A DNA stretch of 28,334 nt from the IMG/VR virus record IMGVR_UViG_3300016662_000085, positions 1 through 28,334 of that record; one strand, written 5' to 3'. The notes under the pieces were generated by a model. It was not told the origin of the DNA, made no database searches, and saw only the letters and a program-made list of their open reading frames with translations. Source of the stretch: a virus (Duplodnaviria; Caudoviricetes). The position numbers were made by a program, and so were the translations under genes. Every line of letters starts with the position of its first letter. Position 1 is the stretch's first letter. Positions 7,175 to 16,515 of this stretch are shown piece by piece.

Positions 7175-10078
7175 TTAGAATAACTGCCCCAATTTTTTCC
7201 TATCAATCAATTGAACGAAATTCGGTGTGTTGCCATTGCAATAGTAAATTCTTTCTCTTCCTTTATCATCCTTGGTTGACAACATTACATCATTATTCCA
7301 AATCACACGCAAGGAACTTAAAACATCAGCAAGATACGGCTCATACAAGCCACGACCGTCACTTTGATGCTCAAGCATCATGATTCCACGACCAGCATAA
7401 TTAGGTTCCGTTAACTTGATATCAGGCAAACCACCGTTTAAATACCTCCGCATCAACATATTCTTGATCTGCATATAATCACGACTTTCAAGCCTGAATT
7501 CCCCATTTGGATATTTCTTCCAATGGAAATATTCATGCTTTCGGCAAAACTCCTCCGTGAAAAACTCATGAATAAATGTCAAATCATCATAATACTTCCT
7601 AACCTCAAATATCTTTTCCTTGCCCAGATTCGTAGGAATGTTCCAATTTTCCTTCTTATGCAAATCCGTGCATTCCTCGTACTCCTGACCAAATCTGCCT
7701 TTGTCCCATCTCTCACGAATATCTGCCAGCAAATAGTAACCCAACTTGTAAGGGTTCATCGAATATTTGCCACCAAGAACGCCCATTTTATGATGAGCAT
7801 ACTCCACAATTCCACAATCATGACTGCTTTGACCTAGACCAATAAGGCCCATTTCAGTCATGATTACTGAATCCGTTGTACTGGCCCAACCTTCGTTCAT
7901 TACCTTAGTTTGGCGTTGCGGGAAGAAATATAACGCCTCGTCATACAACATCGAAACGATATCTGCTTGCCAAGGCTTCAAAGGCGCATTATCTCTCAAA
8001 AATCCAAGAATGTTCTTAGTTGGATTCTTGAAAAATCCAAGTTCATCAGCGATATCCCTTTCGTGACTCTTCTGATTTTCACGCTTTTTATATTCATTTG
8101 TGTTTACAAAAGGCTCCATATAAAGCCTTTCGTTGCTCACATGAAGACGCTTCGGTGTTCGATACTTTCGTTCATCACGGATGTTTCTGTCTCTGACTAC
8201 ACGCTCTGTCCATGCTTCTGCCCCATCAATCAATGTTTCAAGCCGCATGACATGATCAAGGAATTCAATAACTCGTTCCTTGCCCCAACGAGTCATGTAC
8301 TTGCGAATTCTCGTTCCATGATTCGCCATCTTGTTCATCATGTTCGTATCGGTCGCAGAAAAATGAATATTATTCTTGAAAAAATCATTATGACCAATTG
8401 CATGAGCAACCACAGTTAAGTGATCAGCCAATGTATTAGAGGCAAGATTATAAATATAACATGGATTGGTATTGTGAGAAATAAGTCCATTTGCCAAGAA
8501 GTCATGCTCATCATGATCCAAAGCAATGTCTATGGTTTCTTGTTTTTCCTCATATATTTCAACTGATGAAACCACAAATACAGGCTTCTCAACCAATTTT
8601 AATAAATCGCCAAATGTATCTTCGTATCCAGACTCTACTGCATGATTAAGAAAACCCCACAGAGCGTTTGATGTCATATTTTTTTCTAATTTTCTCCTGC
8701 GCCACCTGTATATGCTCTCTGGAGGTCTATCCATTTGATCAATTCTTTCAAACACATTTTCCATAACACCCGGCAACGGTTGCCCACGACCTGAACGACC
8801 ATCTTTAGAGGCTAAAACATCGAACGCTTTTGCTTTGTAATCCAACGAAAAACCAATATGTTGAGCAAACAGACGGATATTTTTTTTGCCTTTTACTGTC
8901 AAGATTGCAATATCATTATGTTTATTTTTTACCCTGAAAACTTTCGATCTAATTCCCATTTCAAGCAGCAATAATTGGACATCATTTGCCAAATCATCGT
9001 TGAAACAACTTAGACTAAGCGTTTTTCCACAATGTCCATCTGTATCAAATAGACCTCTTATAAATGCAGCTCGATATTCATTAGACGAAGCCCAAATAGA
9101 CCAAGGAACTCTTTTGTTTTTATATGTGCATCCATTATTCAGCCCAGCAGAATTCATGAAATCAACAGCAAACTTGCTGCAAAGAACTACATTGTTTACA
9201 GAGTCTTTCTTTTGATGTATTGCAGGTTGTCTTGAAAAAACCTTATAAAATAAATCTGCAATTCTTTTTTGATATTCAACTAATGGTTTGTGAACGCAAA
9301 CGCTCAAAATTTGCGAGGCCAGCCTTACTCCAACAGAACCATCGCCAGCAAGCATACCCATGAGTTCTGCCAACTCAAGAGTCATGTTTTTAGGAGGATT
9401 TATTTCTAACAATCGGTTTCTGACATTTTTTCTTGTCTCAGAAATAATTTTGTCAGGAGACCATTCAATTTTTGCCGGTTTATTTAAAAAGTATCCATAT
9501 TCACTCCCCGCCTGAATAACATCACCAGATTTTATATCTTTTGTTTCAACCCAAACTGATTTACCATTTCTTACGCATTTCCACTTGTGATTTGGAGTGC
9601 AAACAATTTTATTGCCTAATTCTTCGCAGGTTATTTCCATGACTTGTGACGGTTTTTGCCTTTTTACGGCAACCACATCACGCCATCCACTCGGACCCAT
9701 TACCTTGTCACCAACCAAAACTTCGTCAGCCCTTTTTCTTCCATCTTGCGTCAAGATACTTGTTGCAAGTTCACAACAATTCACTACCATTTCGTATATT
9801 TTATGTCCTCCGAATTCATATCCTCTTTGCAATTCCTCATATTCCATGCCGAAGGACCAATGCGGGAATCGCACAGGGAATCCACCGTATGCTGCAATTT
9901 CTGAAATCTCGTCATAAGTTAAAAGTTGAACGATTGTGGGATAAAAGTCCAGACCCCAATCACGACAAGCTTTAAAAACAATAGGCAAAAGTTCTTTTAA
10001 TTCTTTGGGAAGCTGAACACCGGGAACGGTATTATTTCCCAACAACAAGCTTGAGCCATGAAAGAATTTGCTGGACAT
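7175..10078 (-). CDS. spoVR: SpoVR/YcgB family protein containing an intein (531 aa after splicing)
   Basis: GLDFYP, AAYGGFPVRFPHWSFG, KIYEMVVN|TNPC, AHAIGHNDFFKNN, YFFPQRQTKVMNEGWAS, NPYKLG; downstream of prkA and yeaH. Confidence 0.95.
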   Translation of the reverse strand: MSSKFFHGSSLLLGNNTVPGVQLPKELKELLPIVFKACRDWGLDFYPTIVQLLTYDEISEIAAYGGFPVRFPHWSFGMEYEELQRGYEFGGHKIYEMVVNCCELATSILTQDGRKRADEVLVGDKVMGPSGWRDVVAVKRQKPSQVMEITCEELGNKIVCTPNHKWKCVRNGKSVWVETKDIKSGDVIQAGSEYGYFLNKPAKIEWSPDKIISETRKNVRNRLLEINPPKNMTLELAELMGMLAGDGSVGVRLASQILSVCVHKPLVEYQKRIADLFYKVFSRQPAIHQKKDSVNNVVLCSKFAVDFMNSAGLNNGCTYKNKRVPWSIWASSNEYRAAFIRGLFDTDGHCGKTLSLSCFNDDLANDVQLLLLEMGIRSKVFRVKNKHNDIAILTVKGKKNIRLFAQHIGFSLDYKAKAFDVLASKDGRSGRGQPLPGVMENVFERIDQMDRPPESIYRWRRRKLEKNMTSNALWGFLNHAVESGYEDTFGDLLKLVEKPVFVVSSVEIYEEKQETIDIALDHDEHDFLANGLISHNTNPCYIYNLASNTLADHLTVVAHAIGHNDFFKNNIHFSATDTNMMNKMANHGTRIRKYMTRWGKERVIEFLDHVMRLETLIDGAEAWTERVVRDRNIRDERKYRTPKRLHVSNERLYMEPFVNTNEYKKRENQKSHERDIADELGFFKNPTKNILGFLRDNAPLKPWQADIVSMLYDEALYFFPQRQTKVMNEGWASTTDSVIMTEMGLIGLGQSSHDCGIVEYAHHKMGVLGGKYSMNPYKLGYYLLADIRERWDKGRFGQEYEECTDLHKKENWNIPTNLGKEKIFEVRKYYDDLTFIHEFFTEEFCRKHEYFHWKKYPNGEFRLESRDYMQIKNMLMRRYLNGGLPDIKLTEPNYAGRGIMMLEHQSDGRGLYEPYLADVLSSLRVIWNNDVMLSTKDDKGRERIYYCNGNTPNFVQLIDRKKLGQLF
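8471..9778 (-). mobile_element. Intein (436 aa) with LAGLIDADG homing endonuclease, inserted in SpoVR
   Basis: Starts at Cys101 (CCELATSILT); block B CTPNHKW; LAGLIDADG motifs LMGMLAGDG and FIRGLFDTDG; ends FLANGLISHN followed by Thr +1. Confidence 0.95.
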
Positions 10079-10079
10079 A

Positions 10080-10604
10080 TTAAACTCCTAGACCGATTAC
10101 AATCAAAGGATTTTGATAATTAAGATCATCAAGTTTTTGAACTATTTGTTGAAAACAACCGGGACCAGAACTCATTCTATATTGTAAAGCTTTTGATGGT
10201 ACGATCAAAACACCCAAATCTATAATTTTTAGAAATTTATTGAATATTTCAAATTTCATAACATTGTCTGGCATAAATGAATATTTGCCAAACTGCAACT
10301 CACAAGCCACACGATTTTTCAAAAAGTCAACTTCGTAACTTCCACTTCGCTTATTGCCGGAATTGTAACGAAAACTGTGCTTGTAAGATTTCCAATCTTT
10401 GTCACGCAATATGTATTTTGTTTGCTTATTACAGGACTTGGGACAAAAAAGCATTTGTCCGTTGCGTATTTTTTCTTTACAAGATTTTAGAAATAATTGC
10501 TTTGCATCGATGGATTCAAAAACATTTTTCAATTCTTCTAACAAAACCGTATGTTTTTCCCAAACTGTTTGATCTGGATAACATTTAATTTCTTCAAATC
10601 GCAA
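10080..10604 (-). CDS. BglII/BstYI-like PD-(D/E)xK restriction endonuclease-family protein
   Basis: EVDFLKNRVACELQFGKY (D...ExQ active-site variant); TTG start with SD GGGAG inside the yeaH end. Confidence 0.75.
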   Translation of the reverse strand: MRFEEIKCYPDQTVWEKHTVLLEELKNVFESIDAKQLFLKSCKEKIRNGQMLFCPKSCNKQTKYILRDKDWKSYKHSFRYNSGNKRSGSYEVDFLKNRVACELQFGKYSFMPDNVMKFEIFNKFLKIIDLGVLIVPSKALQYRMSSGPGCFQQIVQKLDDLNYQNPLIVIGLGV

Positions 10605-10606
10605 AA

Positions 10607-11821
10607 CTACTCCCGATGAATTTTATTTGGATTCCCAAGAAGCTGCTGGATAGCTTCAATAATTTGTTCATTTCTATTTTCTTCACTCAAAGCTGGTGCA
10701 GACCACATAGGTTTGCCATCAGCACTCCCACCAACCTGAACTGTTCGCACACATTCACGATCAAGTTTTCCGTTCTTGATTGCTTCATCAACATGAAATT
10801 TGACCGAGTCACCATAAGAAGATGCAAGAATTTGAGCGATTCCAGTAAAATTCACAATATGAGGCTTAAACTCATTAGCTAAAGTTTCAATGAAAATCTG
10901 GTTGTCTTCGCCCCAGTTCTCTCCATCCGTAAAGTAAAAAACATAAACATTCCATTTATCAGGAGGATATCTGTTTTCAAATTGTTTAGTGATAAATTTT
11001 AAAGCTGATGAACAAGTGGTTCCACCACCAAAACGATATTTGTAAAATTTCTGTTCGTCTACTTCCATAGCCTCGCTGTCATGCCACACATATAACCTGT
11101 CAACCCTATCATAAAAGCGACGAATCCAAACATCGATCCACCAAGCCATATCGCTCACGATTTCGCACTTGGCATCATCCATCGATCCCGAACCATCACG
11201 GGCAAATATCACCAAAGCATTGCTGCTTGGCAATTTAATCTCGCTGTATTGACGATAACGCTTGTCTTCATTGATTGGCTGAAGCACACGCACAGGGTCT
11301 TTACAACCCGGCACAATCTTAGTGTTAGCAATTGTGCCCTCAGCAGCTTGTCGCTTTAAAGTCTGCTTGAGTGTGCGCCTGTTATGCCTAAGCGATTCTG
11401 GTCCGATGAGTGAAATCTTATTGTATTTGATTTTCACTTCATCATAGATTTCATTTGGCTTCTTCTTTAAATTTGGCAATTCCAATTCATCTTGCATGAA
11501 CCTCAAGACATCCTCAAGGTCAAGATTGATGGTGATTCCTTCTGCTTCTCCTTGTCCCGCTCCATTTCCTTGACCTTGACCTTTTGGGTCTTTGCCTACA
11601 ACATCGCCTTCCTTGCCGGGACCACGACCGATGCCCTCGCCACTTTCGCCATAAACAATGTGAGGAATATCAATTTTGGGAATGGAAATGGAAATCTTTC
11701 CATTCTTGCCACGATTGCGAACAATCTGACCACTCTTGATAAATTTCTTGAGCGCCTTACGGATGCGTCCCGACACCACATCACGAAAGTCCTTGTGATC
11801 TTCCTCTACACGGCGGGGCAT
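10607..11821 (-). CDS. yeaH: YeaH/YhbH (DUF444) vWA-domain protein
   Basis: Gly-rich linker GRGPGKEGD, ELELPNL, MIDAS-like DGSGSM, GGTTCSSA, YFTDGENW; between prkA and spoVR. Confidence 0.93.
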   Translation of the reverse strand: MPRRVEEDHKDFRDVVSGRIRKALKKFIKSGQIVRNRGKNGKISISIPKIDIPHIVYGESGEGIGRGPGKEGDVVGKDPKGQGQGNGAGQGEAEGITINLDLEDVLRFMQDELELPNLKKKPNEIYDEVKIKYNKISLIGPESLRHNRRTLKQTLKRQAAEGTIANTKIVPGCKDPVRVLQPINEDKRYRQYSEIKLPSSNALVIFARDGSGSMDDAKCEIVSDMAWWIDVWIRRFYDRVDRLYVWHDSEAMEVDEQKFYKYRFGGGTTCSSALKFITKQFENRYPPDKWNVYVFYFTDGENWGEDNQIFIETLANEFKPHIVNFTGIAQILASSYGDSVKFHVDEAIKNGKLDRECVRTVQVGGSADGKPMWSAPALSEENRNEQIIEAIQQLLGNPNKIHRE

Positions 11822-11835
11822 TTTTTACCTCTTTG

Positions 11836-12051
11836 TCAAACAGTTTCCAAATCAAAAGAACATACCATTTCATCAATGTCGGAAGAAAAATTCTTAATCC
11901 TCATGGCAAACAGAAGATCAGTTTCTTCATCATTTAAAGAAGCGAAAAAATCACCTAATGTTCCATCAGATGCCCAAGTATCCATAGCGATCTTATCGAT
12001 GTCACTAAGAAGTTGCTTGATTTTTGCATTATTTAACCAATGATTCTGCAT
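11836..12051 (-). CDS. Small acidic hypothetical protein inside the prkA operon
   Basis: SD AAGGAG upstream; exactly fills the prkA-yeaH gap. Confidence 0.7.
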   Translation of the reverse strand: MQNHWLNNAKIKQLLSDIDKIAMDTWASDGTLGDFFASLNDEETDLLFAMRIKNFSSDIDEMVCSFDLETV

Positions 12052-12060
12052 TTTTGCTCC

Positions 12061-14139
12061 TTATTCTTCTTCCGCAAGATCACCACGGCTAAAGATAGAA
12101 CCAACAAAATCAAGGACATCTGTAGCTGATCTTTCGTTGTAGCCAAAATCCTTGATAAGCCTTGTCTTGACCGCATCAATCTTTTCTTGCAAATCCTTGT
12201 CAACAACAGTTGCTCCACTCATGTTCAAAGCGGATAGCTTGATTGTATCTTTTACATCTTCAAAAAGTTTTGCCTCAAGAGCCTTCCTCAACTTGGGATT
12301 TGAATCCCATTGGAAACTCTTGCCTTCGTGAGCAAGATGACCGATGAAAGCGGCAATCTGACGGCGGAAATCATCACATCCAGTATCAGGAATTTGAATC
12401 TTTTCCTCAATCTGACGCATGAGCCTTTCATCTGGCTTACGGTCCTGACCCGTGATTGGGTCTTTAATTTTGCTCTTGTTGATGTATGCCATCACATTGT
12501 CAATGTAATTTGTGCAAAGACGCTTGATTGCTTCTTTATCTCCAACCAAAGCTTTTTGAACCTCCGCTTTAAGAATATCTGTAAGCTTCTTTACAGCAAG
12601 GTCGATACAAGTGATGTAACGACCAACTTGTTCTTTGTTGGTAAGAAGAGAACTATGATCCAAACCGTCACGCAACTCATTTAAAACCATGAACATATTG
12701 ACATAATCATGGTTGTTAGCGAGACAGTTGGAAATCTTGTCCTGAAGATAACGAACGGATACTCCACCGCTCATGCCTTCATCTGGATACTTATCCTTCA
12801 ATTCCTTGACGGCTTCTTCGGTCCAACCGGGAAGCAACTTGCCGTCATAAAGTTCTGCTTTTTCAACGAGCGAAAGCTTTCCATCCTTATCGTCTGCTAG
12901 GCGTGTGAGAATACTCCACAAAGCAGCAATTTCAAGAGTGTGCGGGGCAATATGCTGACGCACTTTGCCGGGACCATAGTCCTTTTCCAAAATACGGAGT
13001 TCTTCGTTCCACTTTAGTGTGTATGGAACATCGATCTTGGTAGTACGGTCACGGAATGCTTCCATGTACTGATTGCTCTTCAACTTCTGGAACTCAGGGT
13101 CGTTGGTATGCGCCAGAATTGCTTCGTCAATGCTGACTTGAGCGAACTTCTTTGGCTTAATGCTTTGTTCTTGGGATGCTCCAAGAAGGTCATATAGAAA
13201 TGCTGTGTCGAGTTTAAGTGCTTCAATAAACTCGATAATTCCCCTATTTCCGCAGCAGAATTCACCATCAAAGGAGAATGCTCGGGGATCGGAATCTGAA
13301 CCAAAATTACCGATTTGGCGGAAATTGATGTCGCCAGTCAATTCAGTCGAATCTTGATTCTTTTCATCCTTTGGTTGGAAGGTTGCAATGCCGCAACGAT
13401 CCGCTTCGGAATAAACCTTGCGAACTACACGAATGTGTTTTTCAAGAACTTTTTCAAGATCGCCATCATAACGCTTAAGCAACTCATTCATGAACTTCTT
13501 GCACAAGGGATCAAGTTCATCGCTGCATTTAAGTGTGTAAAGGTCTGGTCTTTCGTTTGGAGGTGTCAGGCTTTCATGAATTTTGTTGAGTTCATCAACA
13601 ATTTGTTGCCTCATATCAAGCGGGAGAAGCTTGAGCGGCTGTTCATGCATCGGGCACTCGCATTCGGTGTCCGTAAACAATCCATCTGATCCTGTAGGAA
13701 GATCAACCCATTTGAAACTGTACCATGCACCTTCATTGGTATGGCTGTACTTTTCCATACTCCTCTTTATGAGTCGGCAAATGGTTGACTTGCTGCTGCC
13801 AACTGGTCCGTGAAGCAGAAGGATGCGCCTCTCGGTTCCATAACCTCCAGCAGCGCCTTTAATAAACTTAACAAGCGCATCTTTCATGGGAGTGAGTCCG
13901 ATGATCGGATAGGATGGATCATCGAAAAACTTGTAATTTGTGTATGTCTTGCGATATTCTTCAACAGTCTCGCTGCCTTTATCCATGATCATGTCATAGA
14001 TGGTTTGCCAAGCGTTGCGAATGAGTTTGGGGTTTTTGTAGCAAAGTTCAAGATAGTCGCTGAAACTCATTTCAGCATGAATTTCACGAAAACGCTCACG
14101 GTTAAAGTTACCAATGATCCTTTGAAGTGCGCTGCTCAT
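12061..14139 (-). CDS. prkA: PrkA/YeaG AAA+ ATPase (serine protein kinase family)
   Basis: Walker A LHGPVGSSKST, DSDPRAFSFDGE, NRGIIEFIE, EAFRDR, IAPHTLE. Start set at ATG 14139 (SD GGGGAG) rather than the track start 14172. Confidence 0.95.
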   Translation of the reverse strand: MSSALQRIIGNFNRERFREIHAEMSFSDYLELCYKNPKLIRNAWQTIYDMIMDKGSETVEEYRKTYTNYKFFDDPSYPIIGLTPMKDALVKFIKGAAGGYGTERRILLLHGPVGSSKSTICRLIKRSMEKYSHTNEGAWYSFKWVDLPTGSDGLFTDTECECPMHEQPLKLLPLDMRQQIVDELNKIHESLTPPNERPDLYTLKCSDELDPLCKKFMNELLKRYDGDLEKVLEKHIRVVRKVYSEADRCGIATFQPKDEKNQDSTELTGDINFRQIGNFGSDSDPRAFSFDGEFCCGNRGIIEFIEALKLDTAFLYDLLGASQEQSIKPKKFAQVSIDEAILAHTNDPEFQKLKSNQYMEAFRDRTTKIDVPYTLKWNEELRILEKDYGPGKVRQHIAPHTLEIAALWSILTRLADDKDGKLSLVEKAELYDGKLLPGWTEEAVKELKDKYPDEGMSGGVSVRYLQDKISNCLANNHDYVNMFMVLNELRDGLDHSSLLTNKEQVGRYITCIDLAVKKLTDILKAEVQKALVGDKEAIKRLCTNYIDNVMAYINKSKIKDPITGQDRKPDERLMRQIEEKIQIPDTGCDDFRRQIAAFIGHLAHEGKSFQWDSNPKLRKALEAKLFEDVKDTIKLSALNMSGATVVDKDLQEKIDAVKTRLIKDFGYNERSATDVLDFVGSIFSRGDLAEEE

Positions 14140-14237
14140 AATATCTCCCCGCCAAAGTGTACGGATTCCCAAAACAATTATAAGTCAGTAAATAAAATAA
14201 AAAAAGAAAATAAAAACAAAGATGTGAAAACCAAGCA

Positions 14238-14244
14238 ATAAATA
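14238..14244 (+). promoter_or_regulatory. T4 late-promoter-like box ATAAATA
   Basis: Upstream of SD GGAG and the Ntn-hydrolase gene. Confidence 0.4.
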
Positions 14245-14263
14245 TTTAAATGGAGTTTTTAAT

Positions 14264-15109
14264 ATGGATTTTAAAGATTTTTTAGAAATACAAATTAACG
14301 AATGCGTAGTAGCTGCTGTAAGGCTTGAGAAAGGCATTTTTCTGGCTAAAAACAGAGATAGAGGTTACAAGGCAAGAGTAGAAGTTTTACATCAATTGAT
14401 CCGTGGAACTGAAGTTCTTTTATGGCATGATTTAGACACCGATTGGAGCGAAGGAATTAACGAACACGGAATTGGAATAATAAACAGTAGTCTATTGGTA
14501 AAAAAAGATGAAAAAGAAAGCAATAATGTCAACGATAAAAAAACCAAGATAGACAAAAAACGACATACTACTGATGGTAAAAGAATTAGAAATGCTTTGG
14601 GCTACAAAACAATCAAAGATGTAATTGACTGCCTACTAGGGAAAAAAAATGGCGGTCAAGCCGTGAAAGGTCAAACTATTGTTAGCGATGGCAAAGAAAT
14701 ATATGTGTTGGAAGTTCCGGTAAGATTTGAACCTGTTGTAGAAAAAATTAAATCAAATGTAGTCGTTAGAACCAATCATGGAATACATCATAAAAAAGTT
14801 GGATATATCTACGGAAAGAAAAAAATATCATCTCACACAAGACTTGATTTAGCACAAAAAAATCTTGAAAAAATTTCAAAATCAGAAGAAATACTTCCAA
14901 CTTTAAGGAAAAAATATAAAGATGATCCCTTTTTAAATCCTTATAGAATTAAAAATCCATTCAATATGCAAACAACAGGTCAAATTCTCATGGACCTAAA
15001 AAATCTTCATGTAACTATCAGAATGGATAAAAAACAAGGTTCATTTAAAGGAATAAAAAATCTTTTACCCAAAGGCTATAAAGCGAAGATTGACTTAACA
15101 GTTATTTGA
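14264..15109 (+). CDS. Ntn-hydrolase fold protein (Cys nucleophile; peptidase C45/choloylglycine hydrolase-like) with a 13-aa leader
   Basis: C14-VVAAV...FLAKNRDR, WSEGINEHGIGI and VRTNHG are typical Ntn-hydrolase motifs; leader MDFKDFLEIQINE. Confidence 0.75.
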   Translation: MDFKDFLEIQINECVVAAVRLEKGIFLAKNRDRGYKARVEVLHQLIRGTEVLLWHDLDTDWSEGINEHGIGIINSSLLVKKDEKESNNVNDKKTKIDKKRHTTDGKRIRNALGYKTIKDVIDCLLGKKNGGQAVKGQTIVSDGKEIYVLEVPVRFEPVVEKIKSNVVVRTNHGIHHKKVGYIYGKKKISSHTRLDLAQKNLEKISKSEEILPTLRKKYKDDPFLNPYRIKNPFNMQTTGQILMDLKNLHVTIRMDKKQGSFKGIKNLLPKGYKAKIDLTVI

Positions 15110-15443
15110 CCTCACCCCAAACATCATTATTGTTAAGATCATTTATTTTATTGTAAGGACTGGCGTTTCCGCCTTTTTCAGCAGCATTTTGTCTTTCGGC
15201 AATAACTTTAGGAAGATTATGATTGAAACGATAATCATGTCCACCTGATTCACTATTCCACCGATCTGTGCCTTCTGGATTTGCAAATGCGTAATTGCAG
15301 GTGGACATCAATTTGGTTTTAGATTTACTGCCGCATTTAGGGCATTTTAAGCCGGGGTATTTTCCTTTTGGATCATGAGAACAAAGCTCTTCATAAACAG
15401 TTTCGCACCGATTACATGAAAATTCGTAAAAAGGCACAGTCAC
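15102..15443 (-). CDS. FmdB-family zinc-ribbon protein
   Basis: PFYEFSCNRC...CPKCGS...KLMS. Confidence 0.85.
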   Translation of the reverse strand: MTVPFYEFSCNRCETVYEELCSHDPKGKYPGLKCPKCGSKSKTKLMSTCNYAFANPEGTDRWNSESGGHDYRFNHNLPKVIAERQNAAEKGGNASPYNKINDLNNNDVWGEVK

Positions 15444-15715
15444 TCCTCTAGCTTGCGAAGCTTTTTATATGTGTCAGAAATCATTTTTAAACGAGTAGAA
15501 AGTGAATAAAATGACCACATAAAAGTATTTTCACAAACTTTGATTGCCGTTCTCATAAGACGCAAATCCATTTCACGATGCTGAATTCCAATTTTTGCTT
15601 CTTGGATTGCAAATTCTTCTGCGAGAAAATCGTCATAACCTCCCGAATTTTCTTCAAAAAACTTGTCAACATCCTCACGGAATTCATCGTTATCGTCGTA
15701 GTCGAACCTTCTCAT
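15440..15715 (-). CDS. Hypothetical protein
   Basis: Coupled ORF in a minus-strand run; SD AGGGG. Confidence 0.75.
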   Translation of the reverse strand: MRRFDYDDNDEFREDVDKFFEENSGGYDDFLAEEFAIQEAKIGIQHREMDLRLMRTAIKVCENTFMWSFYSLSTRLKMISDTYKKLRKLEE

Positions 15716-15716
15716 A

Positions 15717-16301
15717 TTAACCCCTTAATATACTTTGGTACATTTTTGACGCTGATTCCCAAAGCGCAGCAAGCCTTTTTTCATTTGGCGACATAATTCC
15801 TGCGGAATAGTCAACAGCAGAGAAAGGAATGCTTGATTTATTTATCCATGTTGATGTTACAAAGTTGCCCCAACCATCGGAATAATCACAACATACGGTA
15901 GGATTTTGAGATTTTATATTACTAATCAAACCATCTATATCAAAGCTATTTTTTTCGAAAATATTTGGATTAAAACCAGCTTCATCAAAATCTCTGAGAA
16001 AAACCACGCTTGGTTTTACCAACAAAACCGGTTCAGTAATTTTAGATTTTGGATTTTTCAATGCAAACGATTTAATTTCCAACAAGGAATCAATTGTGTG
16101 AAAAACTAAAGGAATAGAACATCTTCTTGTCCAATTAAAAATATCCGCACCTGCTTTTCTTCTGCAAGTCACGGAAATATTAGCATCAGGCAAATTTTTT
16201 TTAATTGACCAAAATGTCAAAAATGACATCCAATCATGGGATACAATAAAATCACAACAGATTAAAATCGACAGACCTTTGCCGATGTAAGATATGCTCA
16301 T
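15717..16301 (-). CDS. Hypothetical protein
   Basis: 194-aa ORF abutting the next gene; no confident motif. Confidence 0.7.
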   Translation of the reverse strand: MSISYIGKGLSILICCDFIVSHDWMSFLTFWSIKKNLPDANISVTCRRKAGADIFNWTRRCSIPLVFHTIDSLLEIKSFALKNPKSKITEPVLLVKPSVVFLRDFDEAGFNPNIFEKNSFDIDGLISNIKSQNPTVCCDYSDGWGNFVTSTWINKSSIPFSAVDYSAGIMSPNEKRLAALWESASKMYQSILRG

Positions 16302-16317
16302 AAAATAAATAAGTTAT

Positions 16318-16482
16318 TTAATAAGGTTTCATGACAGATTTGACGCTTAAACCTGTGTATTTTGGTCTTGTCGGCGAAGCAGGTCTATGACTTTTTACAA
16401 ATAGTTTGGCTGGACTTTGTCCGGTTTTAATGCCATACAGTCCAAATCTTTTAGATTCAAGAAATTTGGCAAAAGTAATCAT
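16318..16482 (-). CDS. Small basic protein (54 aa) with capsid-targeting-like leader
   Basis: Below the track cutoff; MITFAKFLESKRFGLYGIKTGQSPAKLFVKSHRPASPTRPKYTGLSVKSVMKPY. Upstream ATATATA-ATTT-ATG has the same spacing as gene 6312. Confidence 0.7.
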   Translation of the reverse strand: MITFAKFLESKRFGLYGIKTGQSPAKLFVKSHRPASPTRPKYTGLSVKSVMKPY

Positions 16483-16515
16483 AAATTATATATTTTTATG
16501 TATAAGGAAAATCTC

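Noticed and set aside
7096-14241. Numerous plus-strand ORFs opposite spoVR, yeaH and prkA (e.g. 7967..8419, 11492..12043, 13810..14241)
   Set aside because: Antisense shadows of strongly conserved genes with no recognisable motifs.
16417-16515. N-terminal extension of the HNH ORF in the track
   Set aside because: Overlaps the 54-aa minus-strand gene; ATG 16516 has a proper SD.
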